Assembly: GCA_963663965.2 (NCBI GenBank)
Contig: CAXXFK010000006.1
Coordinates: 128,001 to 192,000, forward strand
Direction of reading: 5' to 3'
Length of the DNA: 64,000 bases
Source: Sedimentisphaerales bacterium
GTDB lineage: Bacteria; Planctomycetota; Phycisphaerae; Sedimentisphaerales; SM23-30
In this document: piece by piece, positions 22,201 through 31,283 of the stretch
Position numbering within the stretch: the first letter of the stretch is position 1
Layout: each line of letters opens with the position of its first letter
Program-made: the position numbers and the translations under genes
Notes under the pieces: generated by a model
The model's database searches: none
Seen by the model: only the letters and a program-made list of their open reading frames with translations
What the model was told of the DNA's origin: nothing

Positions 22201-22548
22201 AAGGATGGCGAGAATCAGCTTCGGATTGCCGTGACCAATACCTGGCACAACCGCCTTGTGGGCGATGAACAATACCCGGCGGATTTTGAGTGGGGGCAGG
22301 ACCGCGGAGTGACTATGGGACGGGCCATGAAAGCATACCCGGAATGGTTCCTCAAGGACCAGCCCCGCCCGTCGCAGGGTCGCAAGGGTTTTGTGATCTG
22401 GTACTACCATCGGGCTGATACGCCGCTGTTACCGACGGGATTGGCCGGGCCGGTGCAGGTCCGAATTGAGGATGGGCAGGTGGTTTCACCGGCCTTGTCA
22501 GACGAGATACGAGTTTCTCATGGTTATGATGTTGATATCTGCAATTAA
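19279..22548 (+). CDS. GH106 alpha-L-rhamnosidase family
   Basis: 'RPYVWWHWM', 'GITKDLEAM', 'IDSYEAG', 'PMGEFW', 'GAEAFT', 'HWVHQP', 'NTWHNRLVGD'. Confidence 0.9.
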   Translation: MKLQFIQAVLFSAVLTAVGAEPSLEDMFENPPIAARPYVWWHWMGPNYSKEGITKDLEAMKAAGIGGATIFNIASAVQESHAPTEDNPWPEQTYRSPAYWKALRHAAREAERLGLEIGLHNTAGYSTTGGPWVNEVRGMQKVVWMSTVIEGGKPVLMELPKPEQPRYSGWGSTGQVSVYYQDIGVVALPSGDGPVKPETIVDLTDRFNNGRLEWDVPAGKWTVIRFGHAPAGTNPHPLPDDLIGKSLEIDKMSVEQSRFHWMQVIEPFKEHLGPYLGKSFRHFLIDSYEAGHQSWTPGFREEFKKRKGYDPLLWMASLTPSVTGVAKGKIGRMVGSEDLTNRFEWDYRDMLNQLYFENGWQIGKAAIKSIGCDLQFEPYGGPFDTIEGAELADLPMGEFWTGGRGGISNKVVAGGRAAGRTVIGAEAFTGRPEVSKWTETPGFLKLSADGSYGVGVNRMILHHWVHQPFSDKYQPGMGMGWWGTHFGRNQTWFEPGKAFFLYLGRVQAMLQRGETPSDFVSVESVRGGSDVMSWSAFRKDVSVKDGQIVLASGRTYPFLSIPHSGAMLPSDVRRIGELLDQGAVIVCRKPLRSPSLADYPSCDSEVKQLAERIWSSDSRPVRSVGKGKLYASGDVEKVLRDLKINSAYEIRSADPGDIRIQHRIDGNTDIFFVANVNDSRRNATVSFRVAKRRPELWDAETGTIAPAGLWRQKEGRTEVQVDLEAAKSVFVVFREENLTQDHAVAIEQAGRSKLRILSARFGTEQTGFWKDASARIQELAARGWLDIEVNLSTLALGDPAPNIVKSLEIDYDLDGKKGSILRKEGEKITLGKHADGILEVKGLTDGGVNLFSHEPVTGNVIFASGRKRPFELSASREVEISGMWTVDFNSPVDKPSSQKMTVLRSLSQSDESSVKYFSGTAAYSNTFTVDRIAPAERVLLDLGDVYDMADVTVNGISLGVLWHRPFVADITGFVKDGENQLRIAVTNTWHNRLVGDEQYPADFEWGQDRGVTMGRAMKAYPEWFLKDQPRPSQGRKGFVIWYYHRADTPLLPTGLAGPVQVRIEDGQVVSPALSDEIRVSHGYDVDICN

Positions 22549-22658
22549 TCGTTTGTGCCGAACGGAACCTTGTGGCCATAGTGCACCGGATCCGCATGAA
22601 AGCAGAGATTGGTTATAACAGATCAATACATTTATCCTGGTTCAATGGAGTTGTCATA

Positions 22659-24587
22659 ATGTTGAAAAAAAGTCACATAGCTCTTCTGGTATTTACTATC
22701 GCCATTATGGCAAAAGCCGGGGATCTGCCAAAGGCGCAGGCTTTCAAACTGAGTCGAGTACGGTTACTAGATGGCCCATTCAAACGGATTCAGGAACTGC
22801 ACCGCACAGGTCTCCTGGGGGGATTGGAGCCGGATAAGCTGTTGTTTCCCTTCCGCAAGAATGCCGGACTTCCGCAGCCGTCTGGTGTGACGGGGAGCTA
22901 TGGAGGGTGGGATGATATGTTTATTCGCGGGCACTATTGCGGACATTATTTGAGTGGCGCCGCCCGCATGTATGCCGCCACGGGTGATGTTTCTTTCAGA
23001 GAGAAGGCCGACTACATTGTAACCGTCCTGGCGGAGTGTCAGGGAAAGCTTGGCAATGGGTATCTTTCGGCTTTTCCCGCCACACAGTTTGACCGGCTGG
23101 AAACGACCCCGCGAGCTTCCTCAGTCGAATATTACACCATCCACAAAATTATGGCCGGTCTGGTCGATGCGGCTGACTACTGCGACAACCAGCAGGCCAT
23201 GGAGATTGCCGCCAGGATGTCCGATTATTTTGCCGGCCGAATCGCAAAATTGTCATCTGAACAGATCGAACTCATGTTGCGAACAGATTACACCGGCAAC
23301 CCGGTCAATGAATTTGGGGGTATGGCGGAGGCCCTGAGCGATTTATACTGGCTGGCTCGAAAAAAAGGCGATCCCAACGCAAACCGGCATCTTAAGCTTG
23401 CCGCGGTCTATAACCGGGATTGGTTTATCGATCCGTTACTCCAGGGCCAGGATCGACTAAATGGTCTTCATGGCAACACCCATATCGCACAGGCTGCCGG
23501 GCTTGCCCGTTATGCTTTTGTCAGTAGCGATGTTCGCGCCGGCAAGGCCGCAGGAGCTTTCTGGAATCTTGTTGTTCAAGAGCATTCATTTGTAAATGGC
23601 GGCAATACATTTCATGAAAGGCTGCGAGCGCCGGGGATCGAGGTTACGGGATCTGGCGATTCGCTCCTTAGCCCGCTGACGGCTGAATCCTGTAACACCC
23701 ACAACATGCTGAAGCTCACCCGCACTCTCTTTGAATGCTCGCCTTTGTCTGCCTATGGGGATTATTACGAAAATGCCTTGTACAATCATATTCTTGCAAC
23801 CATAGCTCCCGATCATGGTAAGGTGATGTATTACCTGTCGTTGCGTCCCGGCGATTATAAAGTCTATATTGATGAACCGTATTGCTGCCAGGGTACAGGC
23901 ATTGAGAATGCAGCGCGTTTCGGCGAGGCGATCTATTTTTATTGTGACGATAATCTCTGGGTCAACCTGTTCATCGCTTCCACACTCGACTGGCGTGAAC
24001 AGGGTATCAAACTCCGGCTCGACACACAATATCCAGAAAATGGCCAGATCCAGCTGAGTCTGAATGCAGACAAACCCAGGCATGCAAGGCTTAATATACG
24101 CATCCCCTCCTGGCTTGAGGGTCGGGCGGAAGTGAAAATAAATGGCCAAACGGAAACTGCCGATGCTACTCCGGGCGCATTTCTATCACTGGCACGAACA
24201 TGGAAGGATGGGGATGTCGTCACCCTGGAGCTGCCGCTCGCGGTTCGTATCAGACCGAGTATGGATGATCCAACTGTGTTGTCATTGTTCTATGGCCCTG
24301 TCCTGATGGCGGGAAAACTTGGCCGGGAAGGCATGCCGACCACAGATATGGGAAGTCATATGGCACTTAATGATACTCCGCCCTGGGCAGTTCCGATGTT
24401 TGAGAGTGAAACGATGAACGATCTGAAACTGGACATTAAGCAGAATGCCAACACGCCGCTGCTGTTCAGGGCTAATATGATTGATCCCGCTGATCTGAAG
24501 CCGATGGCTGTCGAATTGGCACCATTATACCTTGTTCATCATCAACGATATGCGGTCTATTGGAAAGCAGTCAGCACAGAGCAGTAA
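22659..24587 (+). CDS. GH127/GH146 beta-L-arabinofuranosidase family
   Basis: 'YGGWD', 'GHYCGHYLS', 'EFGGM', 'HGNTHI', 'ESCNTHNMLKL', 'CCQGTG'. Start placed at ATG 22659 after GGAG. Confidence 0.9.
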   Translation: MLKKSHIALLVFTIAIMAKAGDLPKAQAFKLSRVRLLDGPFKRIQELHRTGLLGGLEPDKLLFPFRKNAGLPQPSGVTGSYGGWDDMFIRGHYCGHYLSGAARMYAATGDVSFREKADYIVTVLAECQGKLGNGYLSAFPATQFDRLETTPRASSVEYYTIHKIMAGLVDAADYCDNQQAMEIAARMSDYFAGRIAKLSSEQIELMLRTDYTGNPVNEFGGMAEALSDLYWLARKKGDPNANRHLKLAAVYNRDWFIDPLLQGQDRLNGLHGNTHIAQAAGLARYAFVSSDVRAGKAAGAFWNLVVQEHSFVNGGNTFHERLRAPGIEVTGSGDSLLSPLTAESCNTHNMLKLTRTLFECSPLSAYGDYYENALYNHILATIAPDHGKVMYYLSLRPGDYKVYIDEPYCCQGTGIENAARFGEAIYFYCDDNLWVNLFIASTLDWREQGIKLRLDTQYPENGQIQLSLNADKPRHARLNIRIPSWLEGRAEVKINGQTETADATPGAFLSLARTWKDGDVVTLELPLAVRIRPSMDDPTVLSLFYGPVLMAGKLGREGMPTTDMGSHMALNDTPPWAVPMFESETMNDLKLDIKQNANTPLLFRANMIDPADLKPMAVELAPLYLVHHQRYAVYWKAVSTEQ

Positions 24588-24698
24588 AAAAAACGGCGTG
24601 CCGACTTGGGGATATGCGTCATCGAGAATAATAAATAAAATTATTCGAATATTGTCAGCTTGAGTAGCCAGGCATGTTGATCCCACAGGAACAATATT

Positions 24699-24840
24699 GG
24701 CGTAACGTCGTTAATAGAATGTACCCAATGGGTATGAAAATTCCCGATCGCTCGCAACAAAGTAATGACTCGTAAAAGACTTCATTCACGGCCCAGCGGG
24801 CATTTTCAATCGTAAACGGCATATATGACAGGCGTTGGCC
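24699..24840 (+). repeat. Intergenic palindromic repeat family, copy 2
   Basis: Core 24721-24822 TACCCAATGGGTA-TGAAAATTCCCG...TCACGG-N15-CAATCGTAAA. 24785-24816 is identical over 32 nt to the reverse complement of 48355-48386. Confidence 0.85.
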
Positions 24841-24921
24841 CATGAATTTTGCGAGCTCATTGTTTTTAGCGCATGATGTAAGAAGTATTAATAATGACAG
24901 CGAAAACAAGGACTAAAAGCA

Positions 24922-27036
24922 ATGGATATAAAAAAAGCAATCGAGTTAAATGAATCCTATCAAAAAATGATACCTATGCTGGTGCAGATGGGGTGCATAT
25001 CGGTTTGTCTCTGGGGGGCGGCCTTGGCCGATGTTGAGACAAGTAAGTCGCCACAAATCAGCGCGGGACTGGGGTATTATTGCATCCTGCCCAATAAAAT
25101 ACTGCTGGCCAGCATGATTCAGGCAGATAACTCCTCCGTCCTGACATGCAAATGGAGCCTATTGAGCGGTCCGGGTAGTGTTGTTTTTGAGAGGCCCAAT
25201 GATCCCATTACCTATGCCATGACAGCCGTGCCCGGCAAATATGTCTTTAAGATCACGGCGGGTATAGATCCGCATATCTCCGAGGCTCAAACAACGGTCA
25301 ATGTATATGCCCCGGGAGCATATACCGGCAATCCCATCCTGCCGGGCATGTTCCCGGATCCACATGTTTTATACGATAATGGCCAGTTTTACATTTATGC
25401 CACCTCCATGGAAAATTCCGATGGGGCTTACGGCCGTGCTTCAGTCTGGATTTCTGAAGATTTTATAAACTGGCAGATGAAACTGACCAACTGGCCAGTA
25501 TATGGAAAGTTTAACGGTGACATCTGGGCCCCGGACATCATTAAAAACGGTGACAGATATTATCAATTCATTACACGTTCAGGAGGATACGATACCTGGG
25601 TTGCCGTGGCCGAACATCCGGAAGGCCCCTGGAAGAATCTGAGAGAAAACAACACGCCGCTAGTCAGCGGCGGCGGGAATGCCGGCAGAATTGTCGCGGC
25701 CTACAACATGGATTCCAATCCATTTATTGATGATGACGGCCAAGCCTATATGTATTGGGGGTGGTCGGAGGCAATGGCGGCAAGGCTTACGCCGGATTTC
25801 AGGGATATCGATGGCCCGGTTGTCTTTTTGAAGGGAACGAAATGGTTGCCCGATGGCGGAAGTTTGCCGCAATGGCTGACAGTGGATCTTGGCGAGTCTG
25901 TGACGGTGACCCGAATCGTGACCCGCCCGGAATTTCGCCATGTAACCTATGGTTACAAGATAGAAATCTCCGACAATAACAAGGACTGGACTATCTGGGC
26001 AGATCGTACTGTCAATCCAGCCCGGAAGGCCGGCGATGGATATATCGATATCGCCGAAGGCAAGGGCCGGTATGTTCGGATCACCATGACTGCCTGTGAG
26101 GGCAACTGGGCGGGATTATATAGTTTTGATGTTTTTTCCGGTGACAAACTGGTTTCCCGGAACAAGACCACAATGGCTTCCTCGGTCCGGGGGAAGGGTT
26201 CGGAGCCGGCTAACGCGGTGGATGATTCGGACGGTCCGTATCTGTCCGATTTCGTGGAGGGGTCTTACCTGATTAAGCGTAATGGCATATATTACCTGCT
26301 CTACTCGACCGGCGCTTTGCATGACGGCAGCTATTCGGTGCATTACGCCATGGCCAAACACCCCTTGGGGCCGTTTATGACTCCGGCTGACAATATTGTG
26401 CTTGAAATGAATGAGGAAAAGACCACCAAGGGGCCGGGCCATAACTCTGTTTTGAAGTTTAACGACCAGTACTATATTGTTTATCATCAGCATAACCAGC
26501 CTCACGAGGAAGCCGGCGGGGTCTTTCGACAGACCTGCGCTGATAGAATGAAATTTAACGCGGACGGCACCATAAAAAAAGTTATTCCCACGCAAACAGG
26601 AGTCGGACCTTTGAATCCGCTGAAGGATCAGGGCGTTGATGTGGCTCGTGGCAAATATGCCCGGGCAACCGGTGTAAAAAACGGGTATTATTGTGCGGAA
26701 TACGCCCTTGATCACAACTTTGCCAGCAAATGGCGGGCTGCAGACAATACTTATCCGCAAACGCTAACGGTGGATTTAGGCGGAACTTATGATATTGGCC
26801 GCATTGAAACCAGCTTTGAATATCCCACTCTTTCCTATACGTATGCGATCGAGACTTCGCTGGAGGGTAAAAAATGGGATATCTATGCCGATAAAACCAT
26901 GGAATTCCCAATGGCAGTCAGTCCGCATATTGACACAGGTAGAGCGCAGGCAGCCTTTGTCAGAATTGTCATAAAAGGGTGTCAGCGGCCGGAAAACGGG
27001 GCGGGTATCTATACCTTGAAGGTCTTTGAGAAATAA
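24922..27036 (+). CDS. GH43 glycosidase with N-terminal PKD-like domain, inserted F5/8 domain and C-terminal F5/8 (CBM32) domain
   Basis: 'GNPILPGMFPDP', 'IWAPD', 'MDSNPF', 'FVEGS', 'GPGHNS'; two 'LTVDLG...VRI' F5/8 signatures. Confidence 0.88.
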   Translation: MDIKKAIELNESYQKMIPMLVQMGCISVCLWGAALADVETSKSPQISAGLGYYCILPNKILLASMIQADNSSVLTCKWSLLSGPGSVVFERPNDPITYAMTAVPGKYVFKITAGIDPHISEAQTTVNVYAPGAYTGNPILPGMFPDPHVLYDNGQFYIYATSMENSDGAYGRASVWISEDFINWQMKLTNWPVYGKFNGDIWAPDIIKNGDRYYQFITRSGGYDTWVAVAEHPEGPWKNLRENNTPLVSGGGNAGRIVAAYNMDSNPFIDDDGQAYMYWGWSEAMAARLTPDFRDIDGPVVFLKGTKWLPDGGSLPQWLTVDLGESVTVTRIVTRPEFRHVTYGYKIEISDNNKDWTIWADRTVNPARKAGDGYIDIAEGKGRYVRITMTACEGNWAGLYSFDVFSGDKLVSRNKTTMASSVRGKGSEPANAVDDSDGPYLSDFVEGSYLIKRNGIYYLLYSTGALHDGSYSVHYAMAKHPLGPFMTPADNIVLEMNEEKTTKGPGHNSVLKFNDQYYIVYHQHNQPHEEAGGVFRQTCADRMKFNADGTIKKVIPTQTGVGPLNPLKDQGVDVARGKYARATGVKNGYYCAEYALDHNFASKWRAADNTYPQTLTVDLGGTYDIGRIETSFEYPTLSYTYAIETSLEGKKWDIYADKTMEFPMAVSPHIDTGRAQAAFVRIVIKGCQRPENGAGIYTLKVFEK

Positions 27037-27084
27037 TGAAATGAGGCCGTTGAAGGGGTAAATTATTGTCTGAGTACGCCTAGG

Positions 27085-27208
27085 CTTATTGATGTTAGAC
27101 ACGGTTGTATCTTTCTGGCCGATCGCCTGCCGGGAAATGGCTCAACGCCGCCATTCTTCTCGCGGCTAACGAGAGAAATTCAATCGTGAATATTTTTAGC
27201 ACCATAAG
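27085..27208 (+). repeat. Intergenic palindromic repeat family, copy 3
   Basis: CCGATCGC...GGGAAATGG...GCCATTCTTCTCGCGG-N15-CAATCGTGAA; shares internal blocks with copy 1. Confidence 0.75.
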
Positions 27209-27219
27209 GAAAATAACAC

Positions 27220-29310
27220 ATGAAGACAGATAAAATAATAGAAATCGAATTTGTCAGAAGAATGAGTTTTCGAGTCATCCGGACGTTGTTTTTTTGGATC
27301 AATAACAGAGTGAGCATGATAAGATATATATGGCTGATGACAGTGTTGGCTGTCCTGAATTTACCGGTCCGGGGCGAGTCGGTGGCTCTGTCTTCGCTGG
27401 ATCTGACACAAATCAGCCAGGGTTGGGGGCAGGCGAAGAAGAATCTCTCCTGTACCGGCGGAAAACTCTTGATTGCTGGTGAAGAGTTCGAAGATGGCGT
27501 TGGAACGCATGCTTATAGTGTCATTCGTATCGACCTGGATGGAAGGGCTGATCGTTTTAGAGCGCGTTGCGGCGTGGATGACGGTTCAAAAAATCCGCAG
27601 GGCAAGGGAGGTACAGTGGCGTTTCGGGTAATCGGTGACGGTCGCACCCTCTGGAAGGGTTCTGTTATGAGTGTTGGAGACAGGGCTCAGCATGTCGATG
27701 TCGATCTGAAAGAGATCCGGCAGCTGCTGTTAATTGCCAGTGATGGCGGGGATGGCTTAAACAGCGATCATGCCAACTGGGTCGAGGCACGCCTGGAAAT
27801 GGCCAGCGGTTTGCCGCGAATGGTACCGCCACCTCAGGAGCAGGCGATCCGGCTGACTCCCAAACCGGGCCCTGAACCAAGAATCAACGGCCCGAAAATC
27901 TACGGCGCCCGGCCGGGCAATCCTTTTCTTTATCGCGTTCCCTGTACGGGTAGTCATCCGATGACATTTGTCGCAAACGGACTGCCCGTAAGTCTGCGAT
28001 TGGATCCGGATAGCGGTATTATTACCGGGACAACACCGGCCGGAGGCGAATATGATGTAATTCTCACCGCTAAAAACAACGCGGGTCAAACTCAGCGGGC
28101 TTTTAAAATTGTGGCCGGGGATACCCTGGCGCTGACTCCTCCGATGGGCTATAACCATTGGTACGCTCATTTTAATCGCATTAAGGATGCCATGATGCGT
28201 CAGGCGGCAGATATTATGATCTCCAGTGGCATGGCGGATGTCGGGTATCAATTCGTAAATGTGGATGATTGCTGGATGAACGCGGCGGGAGTCAGCAGAT
28301 ACATGACCGACGAGACGCGGGTGGGGCCGACCCGCGATGAAAATGGAAATATCGTGCCAAACAGGCATTTTCCGGACATGAAGGGCCTGGCGGATTATAT
28401 CCATGCCAAGGGCTTGAAAGCCGGTTTGTATACCTCGCCGGGTGTGTCCACCTGCACGGGGTGTGCCGGTTCTTACGGCCATGAGGTTCAGGACGCTCAA
28501 CAGTTTGCCCGGTGGGGTTTCGATTTCTTGAAGTATGACTGGTGTTCATACAGCCGGGTAGCAGGTCGCGATCCGGACTTGGACGCGATGATGACACCCT
28601 ACCGACTGATGGGTGAGGAACTGAAAAAACAGAAGCGGGATATCGTTTTAAATTTGTGTCAGTATGGAATGGGGGAGGTATGGAAATGGGGCCGCATGGT
28701 GGAAGGTCACTCGTGGCGTACCAGCGGCGATCTTGGTTTTGAATTGAACCGCATTCTCGATATCGCTTTGAAAAACGCCGCACTGGGCCCCTGGAACGGT
28801 CCGGGCGGCTGGAATGATCCGGATTATCTCCAGATCGGCTGGATTGGCGCCCAGCAGGGCCAGACTTTTCAACCGCCTCACCCGTGTCCGCTGACTCCCG
28901 CTGAGCAATATTCATTCATGTCGCTCTGGTGTCTGCTGCCGGCCCCTCTTTTTTATAGCGGCGATATGACCCGCCTGGACGATTTTACCATTGGCATTCT
29001 TTGTAATCCTGAGATGATCGAAGTGAATCAGGACGCCCTTGGCAAGGCCGCGCGTGTGGTGCGGCTGGAAGAAGAAGACACCTTCCTGATGATCAAGGAA
29101 CTTGAAGACGGATCTCAAGCCGTGGGGCTCTGTAATCGAGGCGAATGTGAATTTCAGGTTACCGCAACCTGGTCACAACTGAGTATAACGGGCAGGCAAT
29201 CGGTTCGAGATCTCTGGCGTCAACAGGATCTTGGCGTTTTCACCAAAGCATTCTCTACCATCGTCCCTCGTCATGGTGTTGCTGTTATGAAAATTACCCC
29301 TTTGCAGTAA
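27220..29310 (+). CDS. GH27 alpha-galactosidase family with NPCBM and putative Ig (He_PIG) domains
   Basis: NPCBM 'GVGTHA...DHANW'; 'LALTPPMGYN', 'VNVDDCW', 'DFLKYDWC', 'WRTSGD', 'WNDPD'. Alternative start ATG 27316. Confidence 0.92.
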   Translation: MKTDKIIEIEFVRRMSFRVIRTLFFWINNRVSMIRYIWLMTVLAVLNLPVRGESVALSSLDLTQISQGWGQAKKNLSCTGGKLLIAGEEFEDGVGTHAYSVIRIDLDGRADRFRARCGVDDGSKNPQGKGGTVAFRVIGDGRTLWKGSVMSVGDRAQHVDVDLKEIRQLLLIASDGGDGLNSDHANWVEARLEMASGLPRMVPPPQEQAIRLTPKPGPEPRINGPKIYGARPGNPFLYRVPCTGSHPMTFVANGLPVSLRLDPDSGIITGTTPAGGEYDVILTAKNNAGQTQRAFKIVAGDTLALTPPMGYNHWYAHFNRIKDAMMRQAADIMISSGMADVGYQFVNVDDCWMNAAGVSRYMTDETRVGPTRDENGNIVPNRHFPDMKGLADYIHAKGLKAGLYTSPGVSTCTGCAGSYGHEVQDAQQFARWGFDFLKYDWCSYSRVAGRDPDLDAMMTPYRLMGEELKKQKRDIVLNLCQYGMGEVWKWGRMVEGHSWRTSGDLGFELNRILDIALKNAALGPWNGPGGWNDPDYLQIGWIGAQQGQTFQPPHPCPLTPAEQYSFMSLWCLLPAPLFYSGDMTRLDDFTIGILCNPEMIEVNQDALGKAARVVRLEEEDTFLMIKELEDGSQAVGLCNRGECEFQVTATWSQLSITGRQSVRDLWRQQDLGVFTKAFSTIVPRHGVAVMKITPLQ

Positions 29311-29342
29311 ACAGGCGCAACAGGTTTTCGGCAGCAATTCTC

Positions 29343-31094
29343 TCAATTTGAGGGTTTGGCTTTGGGCGCAAACAGCGAGAATTCCCAGATGGTCGGACCG
29401 TCGGTTGTTTCCGAAAAGTTCAATCGGACCAGTTGTGCCGTTACCGGATCAAAAGAGACATTCAGAGTGACATCCAGATTCTCTCCCTGATAACAGGCTT
29501 TCCACTGGTCATCCTGCCAGTATTCGATGGCAAACTTTCGGCAGCGTTGCAGTTCAGGATAGGCTTGTTCGATAACGGCCTGGCCGATCAGTGTGGGGCG
29601 GCCCAGATCCACCTCAAGCCAGGCGACCTTGATGCCCGAATCGGTGGCCCAGCGGGTTTCCAGATTGCCGTCAACGGCCTTATCCGGGCCATATTGCATA
29701 TTGCCCTGATAGATATTTGAGGCCTTTGCTTTGCCATTGGTTGTCAACGACAGCTTGACTGCCGGCACGGGTATCGGTTTGATGGCCCTGGCCGGTTGGT
29801 CCAGTTTTAACGCGACAATGGTGTCAAGCGCATGGCGGCTGGCTTTGGGAACGTAGATTTCAATAACGTCATTTTCCTGGGTGACTTTCACCTGACCGCC
29901 TGTTAGAGCGACACTGTATAAGATCCTGGCGGGAATGGCTGGCAGGGTCAGTGTGTCCTCGGGCCACTGCTGGATGTGCAGATAAATAGTCTTGTCTTTG
30001 CGGGTGGAAACGCCGCATCGTCCCGGCATGAACGGTCCGCCGCGTGTCCCGTAGATGCTGTCGCCGTATTTTGATAGCCAATTGCCCATCTCACGCAGCA
30101 AGCCGGCCTGTTCCGCAGCGATCTCGCCTGTTGGAGTCGGTCCGACATTGAGCAGGAGATTGCCATCTCCGCCGGCGCATCGGATCAGCATGTTCAGGCA
30201 ATCAGCCGTGGGTTTGACGCCGTCTTTCGTGCCGCCCCATGCCCACTGGTTTCGTCTGGAAACGGTCATGCAGGATTCCCAGGGGGCCTGGTCATCGTAA
30301 GCGCCCACGACCTGTTCGGGTGTATAATAATCCGCAAAGGGTGACAGGATCTGGCGGTTGTTGTTTCCGACGCTCAGGTCGAGCCGGTTAGTCAGCAGGA
30401 TAGATGGTTGAAGAGATTTGACCAGCGCGTAAGTATTGGTCTGGTCGTACACTGCCTCACGGCCGTCATAATCGAACCAGAGCATGTCAATAGGACCATA
30501 ATTGGTTAGCAGTTCGCGGATTTCACCTTGCATTCGCCGCAAAAAGACATTGTTACGGTCGGTACGAAAATCCGGATCGCGCCAGTCCATTGGTGAAAAA
30601 TACCAACCAATACGCATGTCGGCTTCGTGGGCAGCCTGGGCCAGTTCGGCGCAGACATCGCGTTGAAATGGGGTGTTCATGATGTTGTAGTCATCGGTTT
30701 TCGAATCCCATAGCAGAAAACCATCGCAATGTTTGGCGGTCAATATCATGTATTTCATCCCGGCCGCGCGTGCAAGGTCGACCCAGGCTTTGGCATCGAA
30801 TCGGATTGGATTGAACTGGCGGTAGAGGTTGTCATAAACCTCAACGGGAATCGGGCCCTTGTTGGGACATTTGGGATTGGAGTTGGCGCGTGACCAGCTG
30901 ATTTCGGTTTCTTTAAGGCTTACTGGTCCCCAGTGAATAAACATGCCAAACCGGGCATCGCTCCACCATCGCATACGCGCGGCGCGTTGTTCAGGGATTT
31001 CGTGTAAAACCGTATTACTTTGCAGATCCGCTGCGTAAGTCTCGGTGTTCATCATGACCCAGGCCAACACGACATAAAACATGACCTTTTTCAT
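29343..31094 (-). CDS. GH29 alpha-L-fucosidase with C-terminal F5/8 domain
   Basis: 'WWSDARFGMFIHWG', 'TAKHCDGF', 'LWFD', 'WESCMT', 'GNLLLNVGP'; 'AVDGNLETRW...WLEVDLG'. Confidence 0.93.
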   Translation of the reverse strand: MKKVMFYVVLAWVMMNTETYAADLQSNTVLHEIPEQRAARMRWWSDARFGMFIHWGPVSLKETEISWSRANSNPKCPNKGPIPVEVYDNLYRQFNPIRFDAKAWVDLARAAGMKYMILTAKHCDGFLLWDSKTDDYNIMNTPFQRDVCAELAQAAHEADMRIGWYFSPMDWRDPDFRTDRNNVFLRRMQGEIRELLTNYGPIDMLWFDYDGREAVYDQTNTYALVKSLQPSILLTNRLDLSVGNNNRQILSPFADYYTPEQVVGAYDDQAPWESCMTVSRRNQWAWGGTKDGVKPTADCLNMLIRCAGGDGNLLLNVGPTPTGEIAAEQAGLLREMGNWLSKYGDSIYGTRGGPFMPGRCGVSTRKDKTIYLHIQQWPEDTLTLPAIPARILYSVALTGGQVKVTQENDVIEIYVPKASRHALDTIVALKLDQPARAIKPIPVPAVKLSLTTNGKAKASNIYQGNMQYGPDKAVDGNLETRWATDSGIKVAWLEVDLGRPTLIGQAVIEQAYPELQRCRKFAIEYWQDDQWKACYQGENLDVTLNVSFDPVTAQLVRLNFSETTDGPTIWEFSLFAPKAKPSN

Positions 31095-31283
31095 ACTTTA
31101 TTTTCCTGACTGATTAATGGTGATGGATTTCAGTTTACCAGTAATATCATTTCGAACTTTGCCGGATACCGGACCGACATGTCGTTGACGGACCTGATGG
31201 TCATTCAGGCCGATAGATTCTTAAATCAGGGGCATTCCTGTGAACTTCCTGGATAGAAATTGTTTTATGATGTAAAAATCTGG

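Noticed and set aside
24655..24909. 84-aa minus-strand ORF with a lipobox-like LTSC
   Set aside because: It runs antisense through repeat copy 2; the homologous copy 4 does not keep the reading frame open.
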